Positions 1 through 10,462 of a stretch of 64,000 bases of DNA are shown one piece after another. Made by a program: the position numbers and the translations under genes. The stretch is from a phage: sequence record PZ445439.1. The stretch is one strand, 5' to 3'. Below the pieces are notes generated by a model that was not told the DNA's origin, searched no databases, and saw only the letters and a list, made by a program, of their open reading frames with translations. The stretch's first letter is position 1; every line of letters starts with the position of its first letter.

Positions 1-304
1 ATTGAGAATCAATAATCATAGACCTTCCCCTTATGTTTCTGTTTGCGATTAGATTCTTTAAACGCTTTCTTCTTATCCTTATGAACAGAAGCTTTATTAA
101 AATTATGTTTTGCGACTAAATTGTTCATAGTGCTGAATTACCTCTCTTAAACATTTGCATGTGAATGAAAACTTTTTAGCTACACCACATTCAAATATAT
201 GTTCTCTTAAATCACGTGTATCAGTATATCCCATCTCGACGATAAAGTGCCGTATTAGATTTTTATCTTTATCATTTAGAGAATTAAAATAATCAGATTT
301 TGAA

Positions 305-601
305 TTAATTTCCCTGGCCAAGTTGAATCACCTTCAGTTGACGTTTTAGTTCTTTTATCATTTCTTCGTTCATCGCAATATAAAGATCGCGTAAAGCAGG
401 TTTTAGCATTCCATTTACTGGAGAACTAAATGGGCACACATAATCTTTTCCTACGAGCTTTTTAGTGAATTCCATGTTACAGAACTGAAATGCCGGTTCA
501 TTGGTATAAATTCCCCAATTAGTTGACATCATTTTATTAGCATATTCCAGAGCATTGATTTGATTCATAATTCCATCAATTTGAAACTTTTTAATATTCA
601 T
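305..601 (-). CDS. hypothetical small protein in the arn/asiA-side region upstream of motA
   Basis: 98-aa ORF, same strand as neighbours, tightly packed; no motif recognised. Confidence 0.3.
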   Translation of the reverse strand: MNIKKFQIDGIMNQINALEYANKMMSTNWGIYTNEPAFQFCNMEFTKKLVGKDYVCPFSSPVNGMLKPALRDLYIAMNEEMIKELKRQLKVIQLGQGN

Positions 602-1062
602 TAGTAAAGGTCCTCAGAGTAAAGTTCTTTTTCACTACCACCACGTTCAATACGTACTTGTCCAGCGTAAGTTGCAATAATCATTGCTTCTTCACGTGTC
701 CAATAATTACTATATTGGTCAATAAACCCTTGGTCATCATCGCAAACTTGTTGAGTAACTAATTGAGGTTTAACTACATCTAAAACTTCTGCCATATCTT
801 TAGAATAATGACGAGCACCTGGAATAATAAGAGTTCGTCCATCTTTTAATTTAAAACGATTAGCTGCACAGACAATTCGTCGTTGATACTTTTGGTTTTC
901 ATCCCAGTACGCAGTCTGCCAACAGATTTCAGGAACTTCTTTCAGAATATCTTCTTCTGTGCATTTATAACCATGCGCTTTAAATTTTTGAACAAGGCTT
1001 TCCGGAGTCTCACGAGATAAAGGAACATTTAGCATTTTTAAACGATTGATAAATGGGTTCAT
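601..1062 (-). CDS. hypothetical protein
   Basis: 153-aa ORF; shares short motifs (LIIPGARH / [14 protein letters not shown]) with the next ORF, suggesting paralogy. Confidence 0.3.
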   Translation of the reverse strand: MNPFINRLKMLNVPLSRETPESLVQKFKAHGYKCTEEDILKEVPEICWQTAYWDENQKYQRRIVCAANRFKLKDGRTLIIPGARHYSKDMAEVLDVVKPQLVTQQVCDDDQGFIDQYSNYWTREEAMIIATYAGQVRIERGGSEKELYSEDLY

Positions 1063-1388
1063 TTAAACCATCCTTTAATACGTTGCCACAAAGTTTTCTG
1101 TTGAGCTTTGTTGACACCAATTGATCGAATAACTGGTTGAGATTCCTGGAATTCTTTATAATCAGCAAGGTAAATTTCATAAGCTGCATCTGTAAAGGTA
1201 CTAATCGCTGCCATAAAGTTCTTGCGAATTCCCATAGAGGCTTCAGAACCACCACGGATGATTAAATATTTACCAGTCTTAATCTTTACGATACTTCCAA
1301 GATAAGCTCCATGATACCAGATATCCCAACCTTCTTGAGTAGGTTCTGCACAACGACGAAGTTCATTGATAATTTCTAACTTGTTCAT
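1059..1388 (-). CDS. hypothetical protein (possible paralog of 601-1062)
   Basis: 109-aa ORF, 4-nt overlap with downstream ORF typical of phage coupling. Confidence 0.3.
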   Translation of the reverse strand: MNKLEIINELRRCAEPTQEGWDIWYHGAYLGSIVKIKTGKYLIIRGGSEASMGIRKNFMAAISTFTDAAYEIYLADYKEFQESQPVIRSIGVNKAQQKTLWQRIKGWFK

Positions 1389-1398
1389 TATTTATTCC

Positions 1399-2034
1399 TC
1401 ACAGTTCAGATGCTACAGTGACTACTGCTTCAATGTTTTCTTCCGAGCGTTTAATGTCAAGATACACATTACCGTTTTTAGCGATTTTACATGACATTCC
1501 GATGTCAGTAAATTTCTGAATATGATGTTCCATCATTTTGTATCCAAAAATTCGCATATTTCCATTGTTGTTAATTTCAAAATTACGAATTCCGTGAGTG
1601 CGTTTTTCTAAAATAGCGAGATAGTTACTGCGATAAGTTTCAACCTTTTTAAGAACAAATCCATTTTCATCTAAAAGTTTTAACATGAAGTCTTTATCTT
1701 CTTCCATATCAGAAGTAATCTCACGAGCTTTACGAGTTGCTCGTTTTTTCAGCAGTTCCGGAGCATTTTCTTGTGCGTATAAAGTTGCTGCATTTGAAAT
1801 AATATCCTGAGCTTCACCAGTAATGATTAATCCATCACCAGATTTCTCCACTAGGCCTTTTTTAATCAATACCCCAATATTACTATTAACTACTGCATTA
1901 CCTAAATCTGGATGCACCTCACGAACTTCTGCAGCTGTAATAAAATCTTTCTTAGCAATAGTAATTAAAATTGCAGCAGTTTTTTCATTCAGAACATCGT
2001 TAGAAGCTTTGATGATGTAAGTTACTTTAGACAT
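1399..2034 (-). CDS. motA: MotA, activator of middle transcription
   Basis: 211 aa; sequence MSKVTYIIKASNDVLNEK...VASEL matches recalled T4 MotA almost residue for residue; early promoter cassette immediately upstream. Confidence 0.9.
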   Translation of the reverse strand: MSKVTYIIKASNDVLNEKTAAILITIAKKDFITAAEVREVHPDLGNAVVNSNIGVLIKKGLVEKSGDGLIITGEAQDIISNAATLYAQENAPELLKKRATRKAREITSDMEEDKDFMLKLLDENGFVLKKVETYRSNYLAILEKRTHGIRNFEINNNGNMRIFGYKMMEHHIQKFTDIGMSCKIAKNGNVYLDIKRSEENIEAVVTVASEL

Positions 2035-2049
2035 TTTCTAATCTCCGTA

Positions 2050-2100
2050 ATTCTGTATCAGTAGTTGATAGTTGTATAGTACCATAGTATGCTTTGGTTG
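2050..2100 (-). promoter_or_regulatory. early (sigma70) promoter cassette upstream of motA
   Basis: minus strand: A/T-rich UP region, GTTTAC at -35, about 18 nt, TGG-TACTAT at -10. Confidence 0.5.
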
Positions 2101-2136
2101 TAAACCGTTTTGTGAAAAAATTTTTGAAATAAAAAA

Positions 2137-2157
2137 GGGAGAGCCTCGGCTCTCCCT
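2137..2157 (-). terminator. GC-rich hairpin + U tract downstream of gene 52 operon
   Basis: GGGAGAGCC/GGCTCTCCC stem followed on minus strand by T-rich run. Confidence 0.5.
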
Positions 2158-2161
2158 AAAA

Positions 2162-2311
2162 TTACTGCATGACTGTGATAACTGTCATGATAACACGTTG
2201 AATTCCGAATGCAAGAAGACCTCCTGCTACGGCTGGAACAACACCTAAACCCGCCAGTAAAATGCTACCAGATACTAATGCAGCGCTTGTGATACCAATG
2301 AATGGACTCAT
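2162..2311 (-). CDS. small hydrophobic protein (about 49 aa), below ORF-track cutoff
   Basis: ATG overlaps the TGA of gene 52 (ATGA coupling), GAGGA Shine-Dalgarno, product MSPFIGITSAALVSGSILLAGLGVV... is membrane-like; GC hairpin terminator follows. Confidence 0.3.
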   Translation of the reverse strand: MSPFIGITSAALVSGSILLAGLGVVPAVAGGLLAFGIQRVIMTVITVMQ

Positions 2312-3636
2312 TTGATTTCCTCTAAATCTTTAGTGTATTCTGTAACTACATCAGTAGTTTTCCAATATTCGTTTTCTTCTTTTTTAGCTTTAGCTTCTTC
2401 AGCAAGTTTCTTTGCTTCGTCGGAAGTCATATGAAAAATGTTCATTCCAACTAGTTTATCAACATAAGAAGAATACATATCAATTTTAGAAAGTTCTTCG
2501 GTCAGTTCTTTACGAGTTTTACCTTGTACAACAATTTCACCTGAAATTACTTTCTTAATGAAATGTGCCTTGGCAAAGGCTAAACGAAATGCCGATTCAG
2601 TTTCTTTGATTTTGTTATCAATTCGTTTTTGGACATAAGTTTTACGAACTTCAACGAAGTCTTTGATTAAATCAACTACGTTATCGTAAACTTGTAGTTT
2701 TCCTTTCTCATTAATAACCGTAATATTCTGAGAACGACGCTCAATCAACCCGAAGTCTTTCATAATTTTTGCATGGCGTTCTTCTTCATTATCGCTCAAA
2801 GAATATTCTTTGCGGAATTTAACTTTGAATCCAAAACCGTGCTCACCGCAAGCATCATCCCATGTAATGAAGCCTTTATCTTCAAGTGGGTCTAAGATTT
2901 TACTCACATAAGTTTCACGATCATACTTATATGGAATCTCAGTGATATGCATTTGAGTTCGTGAAGTAAACTTATATGTTCCACGAATTTCATACTGCCC
3001 ATCAATTTCAACAACTTCACCACGAAATTCTGGGAATTCTACCTTCGGTTTAGTTACTCTCTTTCCTTGAAGAGCTTGCAGTACAGCTTTCTTAACAGAA
3101 GAAACGCTATGAGGAAGAATGTAAGTTGCATAACCAGTTGCAATACCGGAAACGCCATTAAGAAGAACAGTAGGAATAATAGGCAAATAGAAAGCAGGCG
3201 GAATGTGTTCTTTATCTTGATGTACCGGAGCATATTCAGTATCTTTATATACGTTATAGAAATTTTTACTTACACGAGCAAAAATATAACGACTTGCTGC
3301 TGCTTTTTGGACGGTACGAGAACCAAAGTTTCCTTGACCATCTAACAGAGGAAAGTTATTATTCCAAGTGTTAGCCATCAAAGCACCTGCGTCTTGCGCA
3401 GAGTTTTCACCATGATGATATCCAAGGTCCGCTACACCACCTGCAATAGAAGCGAGTTTGTGAAACTTATCTTTATTTCCTCGTGCCAAATCAAGAGCTC
3501 GAGCAATAACAAATCGTTGAACTGGCTTAAATCCGTCAATCATATTTGGGATAGCACGATTTTCAACCGTGTACATAGCATAAGCCAATGCTTCATTATC
3601 AATGATACTTTTTAAATCGCGATTATTCAGTTGCAT
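2308..3636 (-). CDS. 52: DNA topoisomerase II medium subunit gp52 (GyrA-like)
   Basis: 442 aa (same as T4 gp52); GFKPVQRFV...ARALD and active-site-region motifs of type II topoisomerase A subunit. Confidence 0.9.
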   Translation of the reverse strand: MQLNNRDLKSIIDNEALAYAMYTVENRAIPNMIDGFKPVQRFVIARALDLARGNKDKFHKLASIAGGVADLGYHHGENSAQDAGALMANTWNNNFPLLDGQGNFGSRTVQKAAASRYIFARVSKNFYNVYKDTEYAPVHQDKEHIPPAFYLPIIPTVLLNGVSGIATGYATYILPHSVSSVKKAVLQALQGKRVTKPKVEFPEFRGEVVEIDGQYEIRGTYKFTSRTQMHITEIPYKYDRETYVSKILDPLEDKGFITWDDACGEHGFGFKVKFRKEYSLSDNEEERHAKIMKDFGLIERRSQNITVINEKGKLQVYDNVVDLIKDFVEVRKTYVQKRIDNKIKETESAFRLAFAKAHFIKKVISGEIVVQGKTRKELTEELSKIDMYSSYVDKLVGMNIFHMTSDEAKKLAEEAKAKKEENEYWKTTDVVTEYTKDLEEIK

Positions 3637-3640
3637 AAAT

Positions 3641-3781
3641 TTACCATACTAGTGAATGTAGTGCCATAATAACATCAGAAATGAAAAGCACGACTTGAAT
3701 TAATCCGAACATTACTCCATAATATAGTGCTACCAATAAAGCAGCAAGGGCTAATGAATAGCCCAAGATTTTCTTAATCAT
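3641..3781 (-). CDS. small membrane peptide (about 46 aa)
   Basis: ATG embedded in the stop region of ac (AATGATTAA), ends 4 nt before gene 52; strongly hydrophobic. Confidence 0.3.
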   Translation of the reverse strand: MIKKILGYSLALAALLVALYYGVMFGLIQVVLFISDVIMALHSLVW

Positions 3782-3932
3782 TAGTAGATAACAACACAAA
3801 TGTTAAATATGCACACATACCCTGAGCTAAAGCTTGCGAAAACACACTGCTGGCATCAATACAGATAGTTAAAACACATGCTACTATCCAACAAATAAAT
3901 GAAATAACTCCTAATAATTTTGCGATATTCAT
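3774..3932 (-). CDS. ac: Ac-like small membrane protein (acridine sensitivity)
   Basis: about 52-aa hydrophobic ORF (MNIAKLLGVISFICWIVACVL...) between stp and 52, as in T4; GAGGAAAAT-ATG SD. Confidence 0.45.
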   Translation of the reverse strand: MNIAKLLGVISFICWIVACVLTICIDASSVFSQALAQGMCAYLTFVLLSTND

Positions 3933-3939
3933 ATTTTCC

Positions 3940-4020
3940 TCACTGGCGTCCGAAGACGCCTTTAGTTTTAAGATTATTACGATAGAACTGCATCACGTGT
4001 TCGTTGTGGAAATTACTCAT
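3940..4020 (-). CDS. stp: Stp peptide (26 aa), activator of the host PrrC anticodon nuclease pathway
   Basis: translation [26 protein letters not shown] equals recalled T4 Stp; start overlaps ndd stop (TAATG); missed by ORF track (too short). Confidence 0.8.
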
Positions 4021-4478
4021 TAATATGCCTGCAAAACAAATTTAAAGTTATCAGCCAACATACGGTTAATTTCTTCAAGTGTTTGATACTCAGAATGATG
4101 ATTACGAGTAAACGCTAAAGCTAACTGTCCTTTTCCAAATCCCGTCGTCAGAGGTTTCATCTTAGAAGCAGGCAGATAAAATACTGTGTATGGAACATTG
4201 TTATTTGCAATAGTACGTGCAAGCTGAGACCGACGTTGACGAATATGACTTAGAACTGCGCTGAATCCTTGCTTAGAACGTTGATTACCTACATAAAATC
4301 GTGCAGACACACATGGATTACTAAATGGACGACCATCTAATTTACTTACTAAAAAGTAAAATCCAGGTTTAGATAAAATATCTTTATGTGGAACTCCCAA
4401 AAACCATTCACCACCCTTGATTGTACCAATAACAGTTGCGCCTGCATTGTTCAGATCAGTAACAGTCATATATTTCAT
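4020..4478 (-). CDS. ndd: Ndd, nucleoid disruption protein
   Basis: ORF track 168 aa; internal start [18 protein letters not shown]... gives about 152 aa matching recalled T4 Ndd; GAGGAAAT SD before that ATG. Confidence 0.8.
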
Positions 4479-5987
4479 ATTAATTTCCTCTAAATTATTT
4501 TCTACTCCAAGGCCGCATGAATACACACGGCCATTAAATTAATCGTCGCAGTCGACGCTCAATTCCCAAAACTCTTCTACGGTATAAGTTTCAGTATCAT
4601 TTTCAATACAGAAACGTTCATTACTGTTATTTGCTAAAGTAGCGTTAACTGTCATTTTTTCGATAGTGCTCTTAAGAGGTGAAATACGAATTAACTGATC
4701 ACCGTTATCTAAACAAAAAATTTCACCAACTTTTACATCTTTAAAACTTTTCATAATTCACCTCAAGGAGTATAAAATCCGAATGCAGTTGTTGACCATC
4801 CCATCCAATGCGGAAAATTTGCGCCAATGTAAAACATAAGAATATAAAACCAACCGCTCAGCAAATTCATTATTTTACACCATTCCAAATTGTTTCAACC
4901 ACGGATTTTAAACCATTCTGGTGAATATCAATTCCGACTACTGTCATCAAATAGATTCCAACTACAACTGAACCTAATGCAAAAATCAGCATGAAAATGA
5001 ATAAAGCCGGAAAAATATTATCGAAAAACCATTCAATAAATGTAAAAGCACTGCGTTTACGCTTCATATTTTCCTCACATAAATCCAAAGTAAGCGTTTA
5101 ATACATCAATCATTAAAACGATTGGGAATATACTCAAAACTACTAGTATTATAACTACATTCCATATAGCTTTAACAATCTTTTTCATTTTCTGTTCCTC
5201 CGTAGTTGATAGGGTAATAGTACCACAGAGGAACAGTCTTGTAAACAACTTTTTTAAAAATATTCGTAATAAATGTGAATACCAATCACTACTGCCGAAA
5301 CTTGCGCAACCCACCATGCACAAGCAATAAGTACAGAATTCAAAATTTTCATAATAACCTCATCACAAAAGTAAATGTTAAACAAATTAATGGAATACTA
5401 ATTAACCAAACAAAACACCACCATAATGAACTCATAATTCAATCTCAGCGATTTTCATTTCATTACTATTAATAGCCTCTTTAAGACTATCTAAAAGAAT
5501 TACATTCCAGTGGTCATTCATATGACCATTAACTAAGCGTGTAATTTCTTCAGGAGTTGAAAAATAAGGCTGATCAGACTCCCAGTGCGATAATCCTAAG
5601 CGGGTATAAATCATACCTTCATCATCACTAGAATATTCAACTGACACAAACTCATCAGTTGTTTTATGTTTAGCGTAATAAAATTTAAATTTCATTTTAT
5701 TCAATAATCCGCTAAAAGATCGACGATTGCATCACGAAGACATTTATTCGCAATACGTTTAAGAGCAATTTCAGTTTCAGGCGCATTTCGAATAATCATT
5801 GAATTCAATTCAGCTTCGGCAAACTGAAGTTCTTTGACTAATTCAGCTTTATATTTTCCTTGACCTTTCTTAGCTTTTGCTCGTTTTAATTCAGCTGTAG
5901 TAAACATTTTGTTCTCCAAATCCGTATCAGTTGATAGGGTAATAGTACCACAGTCCTTGTGGTATGTAAACCATTTTGTGAAAATTT

Positions 5988-6545
5988 TTAAATGGAAAGA
6001 TACCATCCGTTGTAGTTACTTTTTCTTACAACCTTACGAAGGTCTTCTCTATCACCAATGAACTTCGGAGTGTACTGGATGACACCTGGATGAATTTCTT
6101 TAGTGTTGAATATAATTATACAGTCTGCGACCTGATGATTCAGAATGGGCCCTAGATTTATTCCAGAACCGTATGGATACTCTCCACTGCATCCTGTTGT
6201 TACCGAAATCCAACGAGAGTCAGTTTGATGTGTTTTGACTTCTACTCGAAGCCCGCAGTATTTTGGATGTGCCAAAACATCCCATGCATATGTATACGGG
6301 TCATCGACATCTTCTTGACCTTTGTTAACATATCCACTTAACCAATCTGCTACAACATACTCGGCATACACTGCGATACGGCATCTTTCGATAACTTCTG
6401 CCTTATCCTGATTTGGATTTTGCTTTAAAGAATATCTCGCAGTATCAGCAATTTTGACCTTCATTTCACTAGTCAAGTCACCGTTCGATAGGGTAAATGT
6501 CGGAATCTGAAATAGTCTCTGTAACCCCGGATTCGTTTTCTGCAT
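5988..6545 (-). CDS. denB: DenB-like endonuclease IV
   Basis: 185 aa, same length and map position (between ndd and rIIB) as T4 DenB. Confidence 0.55.
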   Translation of the reverse strand: MQKTNPGLQRLFQIPTFTLSNGDLTSEMKVKIADTARYSLKQNPNQDKAEVIERCRIAVYAEYVVADWLSGYVNKGQEDVDDPYTYAWDVLAHPKYCGLRVEVKTHQTDSRWISVTTGCSGEYPYGSGINLGPILNHQVADCIIIFNTKEIHPGVIQYTPKFIGDREDLRKVVRKSNYNGWYLSI

Positions 6546-6826
6546 TTAGACTTTCCTTTTTACCACTAAGATAAGCGTTATACACTTTAAGAGTACCATA
6601 GTAAATTCGATCATTTTCATCTAAAGAATTATGATCAAGTTCATCGAGTTCCTTTTTATCCATGACTATAACATCATTACAGTAAAGAAACCCAAGTTTT
6701 TCGTGACCAAACTCAAATTTATTGCAGTACACAATGTTAGCGTGATGATTTCCGTGTAGTTTAATCTCTTTTATGTCGGAATCACCGATATTCATACAAT
6801 AAATCATAATTCACCTTAAAACAAAA

Positions 6827-6838
6827 GGGCCGAAGCCC
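6827..6838 (-). terminator. UUCG-tetraloop hairpin at gene end
   Basis: minus-strand GGGC-UUCG-GCCC then U-rich tract. Confidence 0.5.
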
Positions 6839-7033
6839 TTATTTAAATTGTTCAATTCTTTTCTCTAGACATTCAGCATAAGATTTCATTGAGATAAACT
6901 GTGAAAGCAGTAATTCTTGTTCAACTTCATTAACCGTTAGAAACTTCGTGCTTTCTAAAAATTTGCCCAGTGCATTAATTTTGAGCATTAATTGTTCGTA
7001 TTCTTCTTTTACTCGTGCTTGATAACCTAGCAT
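6839..7033 (-). CDS. hypothetical 64-aa protein flanked by duplicated gene-end/hairpin repeat
   Basis: ORF ends ...EQFK-stop-UUCG hairpin, the same 3' end as rIIB. Confidence 0.35.
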   Translation of the reverse strand: MLGYQARVKEEYEQLMLKINALGKFLESTKFLTVNEVEQELLLSQFISMKSYAECLEKRIEQFK

Positions 7034-7065
7034 AATTTTCCTTAGTATGATAAGGGCCGAAGCCC

Positions 7066-8004
7066 TTATTTAAATTGTTCAGTAACGTCTTCAACTACTT
7101 CGTATTGGCAGGTACGCATTTTAGCATCGTTGTAATCAATCGGAATTGATACTACATCACGAGGATGTACTTTAACTTTTACAACTCGACTGGTTGAACT
7201 ACCGAAGTGACGAATATAAGATTTAGAACACACATGCAGACCGCGAGAACAAGTTTGTGTATCATCATCATTCACACGAGTACGTGGCATTTTAACTACT
7301 TTACCCGGACTGTTATCAAAGGTATTTGAGTGACAGTCAAAGTAATTGCTGCGAACTACTTTCCAAGCATAGAAGTAACCATCTTCTGTAATTTCAATAT
7401 CGTTTGCTACCAAGAAATCAAAGAGTCGAGATACCGCTTTTTGGCTCGGGTTTTCTAACAGATTTTCCAAGAACGGAAAATAGAATTCAAAGTTTTCGCC
7501 TTTTTCCATCGAATCAAGAATACGATCAACCAAACCAGACCGCAATTCAATATTTTGATAGAACAAGCTTCCACCTTCAATTCGAACATCACCGGAAATA
7601 TATTTTTCAACGGCGCGACGAACATTAATTTTTTGTGCTGCTTCTTCCAACTTATCAGCTACGAGCAGATTAAGAATTTCCTGGAAGTTTGAATGAGTGT
7701 TAGGAGTTGCGTTATAAGTTACACCATCAACAGTAATTGAAATGAATTTTTTAGAAGCATTCCAAATGATGTCAGATTTAGCAACTGGAGCAATAGCTAC
7801 ATCGCTATTAACTTTAACTGTAATGTCACCGCTAATAGTAACTTTAGAGCGTTCAGCTTCTTCAGCATTTTTTAAAACACGACGGATTGTGTCAACCGAT
7901 ACACCCTTCCAATCAGCCAGTTCCTGCTGAGTATAATTACCACTTGAATACAGTTTAACGATTTCAGCTTGTTCGTTTTTGGTCAGGCATTTAATATTGT
8001 ACAT
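7066..8004 (-). CDS. rIIB: rIIB rapid-lysis protein
   Basis: 312 aa as in T4; directly downstream of rIIA on the same strand. Confidence 0.9.
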   Translation of the reverse strand: MYNIKCLTKNEQAEIVKLYSSGNYTQQELADWKGVSVDTIRRVLKNAEEAERSKVTISGDITVKVNSDVAIAPVAKSDIIWNASKKFISITVDGVTYNATPNTHSNFQEILNLLVADKLEEAAQKINVRRAVEKYISGDVRIEGGSLFYQNIELRSGLVDRILDSMEKGENFEFYFPFLENLLENPSQKAVSRLFDFLVANDIEITEDGYFYAWKVVRSNYFDCHSNTFDNSPGKVVKMPRTRVNDDDTQTCSRGLHVCSKSYIRHFGSSTSRVVKVKVHPRDVVSIPIDYNDAKMRTCQYEVVEDVTEQFK

Positions 8005-8015
8005 AATTTTCCTTA

Positions 8016-10193
8016 TTAGGCCGCAAGGGCCTTCATAGTTTTAGCGATTTGGGAAACTTCATCATCACTTAAAGAGTTGCGATATCCGATGAAGTCGGAA
8101 ACAATACGGAATTTCTTGGTAAACTCAGCAACCATTTTATCACTGTTTTTTGAAGCATTATATGATAATTTATCAAAAAGATTAGTTACTGTCCAGATGT
8201 CATGACCGATGGTATCTTTTCCACCGTTGAAATATACACCCTGTAATGAACTAACCATATTAGCGAGTCGTGTATATTTTTCAGAAACTTCATCTGTACT
8301 GAAGTACTTCATCATAAAATCTAACTCAGGATACTTGATGATTTTATCAATATATCGTTTAGCTGAACTTGAATAACCTACGTACTCATCATAATCTACA
8401 TCATCAAAAGCATCTACATATAAATCACGCACAGTTTCAAAAATACATTGGCACTGACCAAGTTCTTTTACCTTTTTCTGTAAAAGCGGACGAATAACAT
8501 AAAATTCATTAATGCCAATAAGATTAGCCATACGAATCAAAATATTCATAGATGGATTACAAAGAGATGTAGTACCATCCATAGAGAAAATATCAGAACG
8601 ATGCATATACGCTACATAACCAGTAATTTCATCTGCTTCTGACGTAAGCGTAAATAGTTCTTCTTTTTCCCAACGCCCATCTTTAATTTCAAACTTAAAT
8701 GCTGTAGCAGCTTTAGGACGAGGAGCTTTACTTTTAACTGCCTTCGGAATATAGCTTTTAACTAAAGCTTCAATTTCTGACAAATAATGAATGTTAACTT
8801 CATCACTTTCAAACATCGCCATAATATCAGGAAGTAAATCAATTTGTGATTCTACTTCCGGGTTAATAAACAGAAGACGCTCATTATGATGAATATTTAA
8901 AGTGTTATTAAATTCACTATCATCTAACGCATGTGCTAATCCACGGACAATATTAACACGATTTTTAATATCATCAATAACGATATTAATTTTTGTTGTA
9001 TTAATACCGAACAGACGATAGCTTGATGCAACTGCTGAAGTTTCATGGCTTTGCTTAATGCGTTTCAGTCGAGGGTCAAGATTTACTTCATACACAACCC
9101 CTGCATTACATAACTTACTATCAGGTTCAAACATGCTCTGCATCTTCTTATATGACAGATTTTTAGTCGTGAATTTGACTGAATTACTAATCATATAATC
9201 TCGAGCAGAATACCCCATCTTCATCAATTCACGATATGTGTGACGAGGAGATGTAGATTCTTTAAATCGTTTTACATCTTCATTAAATGCTTGCTCACTG
9301 AGTTCTTTAACTCGTTCAATAATATTTTTACGGGTACGATCATCAAGTGAAAGAGCTTCGCGAGATGGAGCAATATCAAGTGAACCCATTGGAAACTTAA
9401 TGTAATTCACTTCATTACGAATGCTTAGCCAGTTACGCTCTCTAATAACACCATCAATAGGATAAACAATACCGCCATAGATGGCATACAATCCGCCACG
9501 ATCAGGCCAGTATCTTTCTGGATTTACGCCGTAATAATCATCAAAATCCGGAAAATAATCAATTTCACGGTCAAGACCATTGATGATAGCCAAATCTTTG
9601 AACGGCCGCATGATATAAGAAACTTCATAAGCAAAGTTTCTAAAGTCTTTTTCTTCAACTGGAACTACGATTTCAATACCAGTTTTATCATCTGGACCCA
9701 TTTCTTTTACGAATGTAGGTTTAATTTGTGGACCATCACCATCCATATAAGCTACATAACCACGAATTTCGCCTTTATGATACGAAGTAATACTAAACGT
9801 ATCAGTATAACTAAATGGAGATTTAGAACCTAAACCAAATCCGCCAATGAAATCGTTGGATTCGGCTTTAGATGAACTGAAGTATGAATTATACAGACCA
9901 GGAGAATTATCATCACCCTGAATATCAAAATCGCTCATGCCCGGACCAAAGTCTCGGCAAACAAATCGCGGATCTAATCGTCCAGGAACTTGTATGATAA
10001 ATTTTTCAGGATTTCCATTGAGTGCATGAGCATCAATCATGTTAGTAATTAATTCACGGACTACTGCGCGAATCTTGTTTGTATACAAATCAGACGACAG
10101 AATTTTAAATACTTTAGGAGATGCTGTGATGCTAAATGCTTTTGATTTAGAACCATTACCCAGAATTGTTTCTTTTTCAGTGGTGATAATCAT
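8016..10193 (-). CDS. rIIA: rIIA rapid-lysis protein
   Basis: 725 aa as in T4; N-terminus [20 protein letters not shown]... and ATPase-like region. Confidence 0.9.
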   Translation of the reverse strand: MIITTEKETILGNGSKSKAFSITASPKVFKILSSDLYTNKIRAVVRELITNMIDAHALNGNPEKFIIQVPGRLDPRFVCRDFGPGMSDFDIQGDDNSPGLYNSYFSSSKAESNDFIGGFGLGSKSPFSYTDTFSITSYHKGEIRGYVAYMDGDGPQIKPTFVKEMGPDDKTGIEIVVPVEEKDFRNFAYEVSYIMRPFKDLAIINGLDREIDYFPDFDDYYGVNPERYWPDRGGLYAIYGGIVYPIDGVIRERNWLSIRNEVNYIKFPMGSLDIAPSREALSLDDRTRKNIIERVKELSEQAFNEDVKRFKESTSPRHTYRELMKMGYSARDYMISNSVKFTTKNLSYKKMQSMFEPDSKLCNAGVVYEVNLDPRLKRIKQSHETSAVASSYRLFGINTTKINIVIDDIKNRVNIVRGLAHALDDSEFNNTLNIHHNERLLFINPEVESQIDLLPDIMAMFESDEVNIHYLSEIEALVKSYIPKAVKSKAPRPKAATAFKFEIKDGRWEKEELFTLTSEADEITGYVAYMHRSDIFSMDGTTSLCNPSMNILIRMANLIGINEFYVIRPLLQKKVKELGQCQCIFETVRDLYVDAFDDVDYDEYVGYSSSAKRYIDKIIKYPELDFMMKYFSTDEVSEKYTRLANMVSSLQGVYFNGGKDTIGHDIWTVTNLFDKLSYNASKNSDKMVAEFTKKFRIVSDFIGYRNSLSDDEVSQIAKTMKALAA

Positions 10194-10203
10194 AATTTCC
10201 TCA

Positions 10204-10407
10204 TTAATTCATATTACGCTTAATAACTTCAGCAACTTCAAGTAATTCATCTTTAGTTGCAGTGTCGGATTGAATTTTATCTCTAATATCCTTAAAGCGG
10301 TTTTTAAATTCTTCGGCTTCTCCCATATCGAAAAAGCGTTGAATGATTCGATATTCTCGATGAACTGCTTTATCAAAAAGTTCTAAATTTACTCTGTATG
10401 ATTTCAT
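10204..10407 (-). CDS. hypothetical small protein (rIIA.1 position)
   Basis: 67-aa ORF with canonical early promoter (GTTTAC..TGGTATAAT) and SD upstream. Confidence 0.45.
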   Translation of the reverse strand: MKSYRVNLELFDKAVHREYRIIQRFFDMGEAEEFKNRFKDIRDKIQSDTATKDELLEVAEVIKRNMN

Positions 10408-10424
10408 TCCAATATCCTCATTTG

Positions 10425-10462
10425 CCCAATTAATTATACCACATCCTTGTGGTAAAGTAAAC
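10425..10462 (-). promoter_or_regulatory. early promoter upstream of rIIA.1-like ORF/rIIA
   Basis: GTTTAC ... TGGTATAAT on minus strand. Confidence 0.55.

Noticed and set aside
9-128. 40-aa lysine-rich ORF and a truncated ORF start (ATG near position 19 running off the window) at the extreme 5' edge
   Set aside because: Overlapping frames at the window boundary with no way to verify; left unannotated
1823-2020. Plus-strand ORFs nested inside well-supported minus-strand genes (e.g. 1823-2020 in motA, 3067-3345 and 3394-3615 in gene 52, 11815-12105 in gene 39, 17655-17879 in dda, 33510-33716 and 34521-34808 in gene 43, 41432-41815 in gene 46)
   Set aside because: Antisense frames within conserved coding sequence, no SD or promoter context, low-complexity products; treated as six-frame noise
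5075-5323. 82-aa ORF and N-terminal extensions of 5701-6006 and 59203-59790 containing FTRLFLCGTI.LSTTEEQKM
   Set aside because: The shared peptide is the translation of the conserved early-promoter cassette; real starts are the downstream ATGs after the SD
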